Below, one piece after another: positions 10,650-20,000 of a DNA stretch of 20,000 nt (its first letter is position 1; each line of letters starts with the position of its first letter). The notes below the pieces were generated by a model. That model had not been told where the DNA came from, did not search any database, and saw only the letters and a list, made by a program, of their open reading frames with translations. The stretch lies in NCBI GenBank assembly GCA_000165425.1, contig CT868028.1:236455-256454 (forward strand), read 5' to 3'. The translations under genes were made by a program, and so were the position numbers. This stretch comes from Paramecium tetraurelia (lineage: Eukaryota).

Positions 10650-13115
10650 TCAATTAATAAGATAGCTTAGAAGTTTTTGTAATTCATTTTTATTGACAGG
10701 CTTACTGATATAATGAGACATGCCTATTTCATAACAATATTATTTTGTTTCACTATCAGTGAAGGCTGTGCAAGCAATAATAATTGGAGCATCATTTTTA
10801 TATTTCTCAATTATCGCTTTTGTAGTAGCAAATCCATCCATTATTGGCATATTGATGTCCATAAAGATAAAATCATATAAACAATGGGCTAAACAGGTAT
10901 ATATAAGAATGTTTACCTTACTCCAATTTTATAAGTGCCTCTTGGCCATTGTAAGAGGAATCCGATTCTAAATTGAATGACTTTAACATAAGTTGCAACC
11001 CAAGGATGTTGATCATCTCATCATCAACAATGAGGATTTATTTGCAATTGCAATTAACAATAACATTATCAATTTCATCATAAGAATTTTGTTTGCTGGA
11101 TTGATTTTATTGTGGAAAACAAGGAAGTCTGATATTTTAAAATTGCAGTCTTCTTTAATAGTCTCCTTCGTTAGTTTCCTCATTAATACTGTCTTAATCC
11201 TTCTTAGTATGTTGCATTTATATTTTAAAAAGACTTCCCAATTTATCCTTAGTTGTGAGTCTCTTCATAAAATGTCCTTTCACATGATCATCATGAAAAC
11301 TGTTCACCTTTGGAACCATTATTGTGCTAAACTTGTGAGTAATTAGATTTTTAATAGCATTTAAACCAAATTCAATCTAAGATTGCTTGACATCAAAAAC
11401 AGCATTTCTTCCTACTTTTATTATTCCACTCGAATTATCTTAAGGAGCGGTAAGAGTATAAGTGAGATTGAATGATTCATTAATAATCTTAAAAACTACT
11501 TTTGTCCCCTTAATCTCTTGACTACTATAATATCTAATTCCGCCTCCTTCTTCGTATTTCAGATTGCTTAAGCTCATGGCTATTTTATTACATAAGAAAC
11601 TGCCCAATCCGAAACCAGCCGTATTGGTAGAGATCTTCTTCTCTTTTTTATAATCATATTTAAGCATTTCAGTGAGACCTTCTATTTCATTTTTAGTCAT
11701 TCCTATACCAGTGTCTGATATTTCAAATTACACATATTTATTTTAGTCAATTGATTTTACGATTATTTTTATACCTCCTGAGAATGTAAATTTTTAAGCA
11801 TTCTGAATCAGAGTTACTAATATTTATTTGAGTCTTCTGCCATCAGTTAAGATGGATTTTTCAACTAAGAAGATTTCGTAGGTGATTTTGAGTCCCTTCT
11901 ATTATAGAGTATGGAAAAAGATGCTAATAACTTCTTCCAACAATTAACTAATCTATGGTATTATTATATTTTACATCTATTTTTTCTAATTGCAATTCGA
12001 GTTTCTTGCCTTTGATATTATTGTAATCAACCATATCTAATACGAAATTATGCATTATCAGTCCCATAGATTTAATGGGCATGAAATAAGAAAGTAGATC
12101 AGAATCAGAGTATTTTTCTATGGCCACTTATGCTATGGCCAGCAAGTAATTCAGGGAAGTTCCGAATTCATGAGACATAGTGCTTAGCAGTTATTTCAAA
12201 ATTGCGAAGACATATTTCTATTTTTAGTACCTATCTCGTTCCTCTAATTCCAAAAATTATATTTAGAATTCACGCTAATAAATTATCTTTATGAAGTGAC
12301 TATTGAGCTATGGATGACTGTAATCCAGAATTCTAATTATCATTGGGATTCTGTTTGCTCTAACTTAATCTAACAAATCTTGCAAAGAACACCCTGAACT
12401 CTTCCACTGGAGTATGGATTTGGATTAAGAGTCTATTTTATGGACAATTAAATCATGCAAAATAGATTTCAAACCGTTTTCTAAATTGTTAAGAATCGAG
12501 CTTGATTTCTCAGATCCTATTGCATTAAATTGATCATCCAAGTATAATATTGAGAAATTGGGATCTGTTATTCTTTCAGTTAGGCTTCTAGGGTTCGAAT
12601 CATACCCTGTGTATAAAATTTTTGAGTGAATCATGATTTCTGGCTTCTTTTGGTATTTTTCAAGCCAGGCTTAAAGTTCAAAACCTTGGATTATTAATAA
12701 ACCAAGAAAAGCAAATATGCTACGAAAAATTTAATGTATTTCAATCTCGGTTCCAAATATAAATACGATGAGAAGTAAAACTATATTTTATACTTGTGAA
12801 GTATATACCTGACCATTCTAACAATAATAGTCGGGAAACTTGTGTGTAAGCTTTTAAACGAACTATTATGTGATACGCCCCTGTAAAATATTTATATTGT
12901 GAATTCGGCATCAGAACAAAAATCAAGATAGCTTAACCCAACAGCATGGCCCTTTATAAAAGCTCTGGAAGATTAAATTTATTAAGCAAAAACAACGCCG
13001 CAATGCCAGCGAGCTCTAAAGCTAATGCGATAATTTCTTTTGGTTCTTCAAACTCCGTGAATGCTATAATTGTTGAAATAGTCTATGTTGTAATCAGACT
13101 AATAAAAATTTTCAT
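10650..13115 (-). CDS. Membrane-bound hybrid histidine kinase (paralog of 1354-3818)
   Basis: ATG at 13115 (MKIFISLITTQ...), N-terminal TM helices, H-box LLSTMSHEFGTSLN, N-box DGRRLKQILVTLIQNAQKFT, G1 ISDTGIGM, G2 NTAGFGLGS, receiver ILIVDDE...FIFMDINMPIMDG...ACTA...ISKPV. About four tiny introns; TGA at 10650-10652. Confidence 0.93.
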
Positions 13116-13351
13116 AATTTAATAACTTTACTAGAAAATTATTTTACTAATCAATAACAACAAACAATCAAATAGAAATTGTTTTTTATCACAATGATAT
13201 GAAAATATAATTTACAATTATTGTATTTAAAACAATTTATCAACATCAATTTAATTTGCTGTTGATTTATATTTCTATCTCAATACAAATATTAAATTCA
13301 ATTTTAAATATTGTACGTAAGTATAATGTTAATCGCGAATAATTAATATAA

Positions 13352-14656
13352 ATGAATTAATTCGACTAGAAGGTCCCTGATACTGTGCCTCTAGATATTT
13401 TATTGGCTCAATTGAAAAACCCTCTAATTGTCAGAGAAGATCATTAATAATGTATTTGGCATTTATATATTACGAGTTTTAAAATAAAGACATCATTGCA
13501 TGCCTGAAATAATTAACAATAATTATGAATTACTTGCTGATAAATATTTACTTCTAAGCAATGCTTTACCAGGATGTTCTCCTGAATTAATAGTTGAAGA
13601 ATTCTAGAAAGTCATCTAAGTCGTAGAGAAATGCTGCAATTAATTTATTGAGAAAATGAAAAAAGTTATAACAGATCTCTAAGCATTTGCCAATTATGAT
13701 ACCCAAGTGTTGAAAGGCTATCTAGTATAATCAACGGATATCTTTTAAAGATGTTTTAATCTGGTTGACAAAGATTTAACAAATTAGGATGTTGAATTTT
13801 TAATGGAGAATTTCACTAATCCTGAAAATACAATCTAAAGACATTTGCTAACCTTAATATTCGAAAGAAATCAAAATCTATAGAACGTTATGTAAAAAGT
13901 CTATACAGAATAACTAGATTTTTCAGCGTAATTTCGTGCTTAATTTGAGTAATTATGTAATACTAACCATTTCGAACCATTAAACAAATTATTAAACAAT
14001 TAAAAGAAATTTTGGTCTAACAGGGTGAAAAAAGAAGTTTAGACCTAAAAATAATTAATGGAGGAACAATTACCATAATAATTCTTAGTTTAATCAAACA
14101 TTCAATTCGCACCTCAAAATTAACAATTTTAATAGCAATAATAATAATTAGTTTAACCATAAGTTTAGTAATAACCTCAATAAGATGCATCATGGGTTAA
14201 TAAGTCACAATCCATACAAATCGAACCTGGAAATCAAAAAATAATAGAAGGTCTGCTTAAATTTAGAGCTCATACACATGAATTAATGCAGAAACATGAA
14301 AAAGAATTTAAAATGGATATCAGAAAACACTGCAAATTAGACGGAGGCGGTTCCTTTGGGTAAAAAATTCATAAATTCATATTAGTTATTGTTGGACAGG
14401 TGGATATGGATGGAAGGGAGCTGTATATGAAAGTTTAGAATTATCAAATTAATGTCCTCAGTGCTAAAATTTAAATTAGGAAATGAATAACACAGCTAAA
14501 AAATTATATGATCTAGAATACAGGGACAAAGGAACTTGGTGGGTTAGGGCTTGGTTTTTGTATAAGAAAATGAAAATATTTAATTTATTACATAACATGC
14601 ATAATAAATTATTATCAGTTTTAATCTTAAAACTAATTTATCACTTGAGAAGTTGA
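13352..14656 (+). CDS. Hypothetical protein: helical N-terminal region, Gln-rich linker, Gly/Trp/Cys-rich C-terminal domain
   Basis: Long code-6 open frame from about 13477 to 14359. Intron 13452-13476 has an atypical gag acceptor; intron 14360-14385 is canonical. As written the frame stops at TGA 14654-14656. No family recognised. Confidence 0.75.
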
Positions 14657-15278
14657 ATTTCAACCTTAATATTAGATAATCAATAACATCTGAAAAATAT
14701 AGTATAAAGAAGCATTTTAGTACAAGGGATTCTCATTTTTCATTTTTTGATCTTGGAGATATATATCTTTTGTTTCCATAATTTATTGATACTCGACAAC
14801 ATTTAAAGACTTATCAATATAATCTCAAATTATTCATCTGATTATTAAAAGAAGAGAAATTCAATTTGTTGAATTCAGATTGAAAAAGTGAAGATAATTA
14901 AATTCTATTTTCTGACTATTTAGGTAATAACTATAATCAATCTAAAATATTAGAAATAAATTTATTGGAAATACAGAGGATAAACACATAAGGAAGTGTT
15001 AAAAGAGAAGATTATCCTTAAATATTGAACTATCCAATCCTTATAAGAACTTGAAATTAATCTCAAATAGTTAAGAAATATGTATTTCATCATCAATCTA
15101 AACATTAATTTTTATAGGTTGCTTTATGCTTTATTAAATGTATGATATGTGCTTACAATTACATAATTCTTTAATTTTTTTGATTATCTTCTGATATATT
15201 ATTTTTAATATTTTTATTCTTGATTACAAAATTCATTAAACATTAATCATTATTTATAATTTCTCATTTTCTATTAAG

Positions 15279-16951
15279 ATGTCTGCAGATGGATTTAAGT
15301 GCAATTTGAAAGGCTATCAACAACCAAATTATTTAGAGGATGTCTAAAATAGAATAGAGTCTGATTAAACTCTTGAAAATTTCTTTAAAGATCATTAAGG
15401 GCAATATGAAGAATTTAAGAATTATTTGAAAAGAAAGATTTTTAATGATCTGGATGAGTTCCAATAGCATCTTGACAATATCTAGAATTAATGGGACTCT
15501 TAATTTAAAGTTGAATTAAAAAGGATAGAGGTTTTCAGATTAATTATGGCAATGTACTTAGGATTATTAGAACGAAATTTATCTAAAGGTGGATTCTATA
15601 TTGTAAATATGAATACAATCAAAAATTCGAATAATTATATTTCCAAATAGAAATTGATGTGTTTTAAGAATTATATAAAAGCATTTTACTTAAATTCTGA
15701 TAAAATTTAAGAAGAAAAAATAGTGTTTACTAAAAATTCTGTTAGCAAAGAAGATTTCAGAAAAAAATTTGAATAATCAACCTATTAAAAAATTGATTTT
15801 GAATTCACTTAATCGAAAAATGAAGATCATTTAAATTCTACTGTTGTAGATTTTGCTGATGAAAATATCGGAGGACTAGTGCTTGACGCCAGAAATTGCG
15901 CATAAGAGGAAGTAACATTAACTCTAAAACAAGATTGTTATGCTTATATTCGCTGAAGCTACTGTATGTATGGTTTTTATTCCACCAATGAAAGAAACTG
16001 AAGCAGTGTTGATTGAGAATTTGAAAAAATATAGCAATTATACTGGATACGAACAATCATTCTAATGCTCTCCATCCTTGGATCTTAAAGGAAGCTATAA
16101 TATGTTAGTATATCTTAATCAATATTATGTAGGCTATCGACGCAAAACCTTTTTATACTGAAAACTAATTTACTGAAGAAAATATTTATAGAGAATTGAT
16201 TAAGAGTTATGCGGGATTTGAGATATCACTAAAAAACGCACCCAATTCCTATATATCTACAGGAAGATGGGGCTGCGGAATTTTTAGAGGCAACCCTTAT
16301 TTGAAGGCATTAATTTAATTTGTGAGTTTTGCAATTGCAGTAAATTAATTGAACCTAAAAGATAAAAAAATAATTATGAATTGTGTAAATGACTAATCCT
16401 TCTTTAATTTTGGAATGAAATTAAATAAATTATTACAAGAAAAGGAAATGTAGCTTAATTTAATAAATCTAAAAAAGTCATTATTGTATATGTAAAATGA
16501 AGTGAGTGATACAAAATTTTAATATCAAGGAAATAATATTATAAGCCAGATTTATTAAATTTTGATTCAGAATATTCAATAAGCGGTAGAAATACAATAA
16601 GAAAATGATGATTTAAATTAACCTTCAGAAGCTCAAGACATTAGATCAGAAAATGATAATTTAATTTAACCTTTAGTAGGTTAGGACATTAATTAAGAAA
16701 AATTAATAAATACTCAAAATATTGAAGGAAATAAAGAAAGTTAATTTAAAAGTAATGCTTAAATAATTGAAGAAAAACAAGAAATGTAAATTTAGAATGA
16801 AGCATAAATTGATTAAGAAAAAAAAGAAAGTGAAAACTTGAGTATAGAATCAAATAAAAATAAAAATTGGGTTGGAATAGCAACCATTCTTTTGGCTTGT
16901 GGTTGTGGTTGTTTTGTTGGAATCATTGTTTATAAAAAAGTTTTTAAATGA
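15279..16951 (+). CDS. PARG: Poly(ADP-ribose) glycohydrolase with C-terminal transmembrane segment
   Basis: QKLMCFKNY, VDFADENIGGLVLDARNCAQEEI (catalytic QEE), YSNYTGY (Tyr clasp), LAIDA, RELIKSYAGF, ISTGRWGCGIFRGNPYLK. Introns 15912-15933 and 16108-16132; TGA 16949-16951. Confidence 0.94.
16598..16699 (+). repeat. Imperfect 48-nt (16-aa) coding tandem repeat, about 2 copies, in the PARG linker
   Basis: QENDDLNQPSEAQDIR / SENDNLIQPLVGQDIN / QE; GAAAATGAT recurs at 16601 and 16649, and GAAAA again at 16697. Confidence 0.8.
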
Positions 16952-17369
16952 GATATATTTGTTATCGTATATATATTCATTATATGTCTATCAAATTAAA
17001 TTTGCTATTTAGTAAAATAAAATGCCTATCACAGTAATTTCAAGTTAAAATATCGAAATGCTATTCAACAGTTAATACTAGAATTTTGAATAATTTACAA
17101 TATTAAAAAAATTCTCTATAAAATTAGACTATTACAAATTGAAATTATAAACATAAGTTATAAACTAATAAGTATAAATATTGCTCAATTAAATTAAAAT
17201 TATGTTTGCATAATAATTTTTATTGTAAAATTTATTCACAATTAGAGAAAATGTATCTGAAAATAAACCTGTCTCACTATTAGTATATATTATCAAATAT
17301 ATATTGACCCCTTTAATTAACCCATATTGTATATTAATTTAAATCAATTAAATAGAATATTGAATTTTC

Positions 17370-18676
17370 TATGCCATCATGATTTTTTGAGTGCTAGATC
17401 TTATCCATTTTAATATTCAACAAACTTTAGCCAGAATTGATTGTCTAAATCTGGTTCAATCCATTTAGAATCCATCCTGATCGAAACAACCACCACCTCT
17501 AATACTTTTAAAGTGAATTACAGTCTTTAAAAAATTTAAATAATGATGATTCATCATTTCCCATTTTCTTTAGTTTATGTCATTAGTGTATTCTCATTCA
17601 TATAATATTTAGAATTTATAATGTTAGAATTCATCTAATTCCCCCCATTTTCCTAATTTCATCATAATACAAACTCATAAATTAATTAACCAATAATAAG
17701 TTAATATTAATATTCAATAATTCATTGTAATAAAACTATTCAGCAATGGTTTTCAGTAATTTGATTGAAATTCAGTTACCAATTTAGATACGCTCTATAC
17801 TGATCCTTTTAATACAGATGTTATGTTGTCTTAATTTTTTTGATAGAATTATAAAGTTTTAATTATGTGGCCTTAAATACTAAATTCTCTTAAGAAATGA
17901 ATAATTCTGAAGAAAAATTTGATTGCTTATATTTTTAGTTCTTATATTTTTATATATAACTATAAGTTTTCAATCATTTATCCATAAATTTTCTGAACAT
18001 AGTTCTAATTTGATTTTACCGAAACCATTAATTTGTTAATTTCTTCAATATTTTCGTCTAATGCAGATGTAAATCCTTGCTAAAATCGTTAGAGTCAGCT
18101 TTTTCTAAACCCTTAAATTTTAATGCTCCAATTTAAAAGTAGCAGTAATGATGGCTTGTTAAATCCTACACAGAATTTACATCTTTTAGAGACACCTAGT
18201 ATCATTATACATTTCCTTGTAAAAAATTTCTTACTCTTCATCGGTTTGTTCCTTCAAATCCAAAAATGTCCCTACCAAAATAAAAGGAAAGTATGCTTAA
18301 GTGATTTGTGCCAAATAACTTAAAACAAAATTCATCCAATTCTTTATTGAGTTAAATCCCTCTGACTTTGTGAGATCATAAACTAATACACAAAAATTCA
18401 TTTGCTAATAATATTTGTTAATTGATTCTTACTATTTCTTTAATCCTGATGCATCCCATACCGAAAATAATTATGATGTATTCCTCATAATTCATATTAA
18501 GTATCCTCAAATACTATTAATATTTTATATTCATCGAATCCTTTTGTATTTATCCAGAACCTTCATAATCTGATTTGTAAGAATTGATTTACCAATCATA
18601 AATACTGATATCAAATTTTATGCGTTTCCGAACCGACGAGAATGATTTTGAAATTTTTCTTTTATTCACTTGACAT
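17370..18676 (-). pseudogene. Decayed gene: divergent Rab/Ras-like GTPase domain followed by Paramecium-type MORN-variant repeats
   Basis: MSSEQKKNFKIILVGSETHK then in-frame TGA at 18611-18613. Later fragments in shifting frames: SVWDASG, YYQQMNFCVLVYDLTKSEGFNSIKNW, FPFILVGTFLDL. The distal part has RKWGELD, IRGGGCFDQDG, SKWIE, VEYQNG. Multiple frameshifts and stops. Confidence 0.72.
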
Positions 18677-18817
18677 ATGGAGTTTTATTATAAAATATGA
18701 TTTAAGTAACATTCAATTGGTTTAAACCACAATTAAATTTTATGTTAAATTTTCAAAATTATTAATTATTAATTTAATTATATTCTTCATGATTAATATC
18801 AAAGAATTTGATTTCTT

Positions 18818-20000
18818 ATGAGTGGTTAATCAACAAAAATTAAGGAGATTTATTGGAAGGAAACCAAAATAATGATAATTCCATTAATCTTAATCAACCT
18901 CAAATTAAACTTTTGCCAATATCACTCGCAAAGAAATATTGATAAAGAACGCTTTAGGATTTAAATCATAAAGGTTTACAAAGAATTTTAGAGTAACAAT
19001 AGAAATTATTCACTTAAGGCAATTTAGTATGTTTATGTATTTAATAAAATTGGCATTAGTTGTTAAATAGAGGGGAAAAAAAGATAAAAGAATTAATTAG
19101 AAGAAATATTGAAAATGATTTAACATTTTATTCCAGATAAAAAATTGAGTTGAATCCTCAGTAATGTAAGAAATATTGTTTAACATGTTATTGTTCCCTT
19201 ATATAAATTTGCTTAAAATGTGATAACAATTAATGTAATGGATTAATTATCTTTCTTATGTACACCTGGATATTAGATAATGAAATGTTGTCAATAATGT
19301 TGTCTATTTAATATTAAAACCTTGCATCAGTTGTTTATAGCGTAAGGTTGAGTGGATAAATAGGTAGTTCTTGTAAATTTATTGATGAATATCATGAGGT
19401 GTAACAAATTACTTGGTCTTGCAATCATTTAAAAAATGCAATTATTAATATGTCTTAGATGAACTCGAAACTTAATTTAAATTGTTTTCAACAAACATTA
19501 AAGATTACGATGATGACTAGCTTTATCCTTGTGATCATAATATTAGAATTATAATAGTGGAGTAGAATACAGTTTAAATTTCACAATTATTGTTAAAATT
19601 GTAATACAGGATTCTAATTCCTGAGTTTATTATTTAGAAATTCACACTTTAAATAGAGTTTTAATAACGATAAATGCAAATATTAATTATCAGTAAGGAT
19701 CCTAAGGTTCTTGGCTAATTACTTTGTTCAAAATATCAATTAATAACCTTAGATGTGATATTCTATGATTAGAGAACTTAATTAATAACTAAAACTTGAG
19801 ATTGATTAGAAAGCTTTCTTGAAATTAATGAAATCTGTGAATAAGGATATATATGTTGTAAGACTAGTCTTTAATTTTTAATTAAATGTACTTCTAGCAT
19901 TTGATCTCAAGATTTATAAATTTAGAGAATATAACTCTGGAAATCAGAATAATGCTGATCCTATTAATTAAAAAGTGGAATAAAAACAAGTCCTTTCAAT
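18818..20000 (+). pseudogene. Probable decayed Cys-rich (furin-like/growth-factor-receptor repeat) surface protein
   Basis: Fragments PQQCKKYCLTCYCSLIQICLKCDNNQC, LCTPGY, KCCQQCC and YPCDH lie in different frames separated by TGAs. No consistent spliced model found; boundaries approximate. Confidence 0.45.

Noticed and set aside
1354..13115. Bacterial two-component locus, contamination or operon
   Set aside because: The genes contain spliceosomal introns and use TAA/TAG as Gln, so they are native ciliate genes. The neighbours are functionally unrelated.
14060..14185. TAA/TAG/CAA-rich runs resembling microsatellites or stop clusters (also 7280-7440, 8557-8571)
   Set aside because: These are ordinary poly-Gln coding tracts under code 6.
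15680..15710. Suspected frameshift in PARG
   Set aside because: Re-reading gives a continuous frame (AFYLNSDKIQEEKIVF).
5720..16951. Functional cluster linking PEX11 with the tail-anchored PARG
   Set aside because: The genes are about 9 kb apart with unrelated genes between, and adjacency in ciliate genomes is not evidence of a shared pathway.
1007..18323. Supplied ORFs such as 1007-1228, 1276-1557, 2116-2340, 5572-5856, 7293-7544, 7902-8099, 10759-10971, 10993-11346, 15838-16056, 18123-18323 and 4858-5079
   Set aside because: They are antisense or off-frame shadows of real code-6 genes. The remaining track ORFs are fragments of the genes listed.

Overview
AT-rich, gene-dense eukaryotic DNA with the hallmarks of a ciliate macronuclear chromosome, most likely Paramecium. 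TAA and TAG read as Gln, TGA is the only stop, genes are broken by tiny (about 22-28 nt) GT..AG introns, and intergenic spacers are very short. The supplied ORF track treats TAA/TAG as stops and ignores introns, so most of its entries are fragments or antisense artefacts. Re-read by hand with code 6, the window holds, in order: a 5'-truncated pseudokinase, a membrane hybrid histidine kinase, a sugar-porter MFS transporter (- strand), PEX11, a multi-RING protein with a possible dead otubain-like N-terminus and an internal frameshift, a TTLL3-like tubulin glycylase, a second paralogous hybrid histidine kinase (- strand), an unknown protein with an unusual Gly/Trp/Cys C-terminal domain, a PARG with a C-terminal tail anchor, and two decayed genes (Rab-like GTPase plus MORN-like repeats; Cys-rich surface protein). 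I saw no RNA genes, transposons, telomeres or CRISPR arrays. All translations and coordinates were derived manually and no database was searched.
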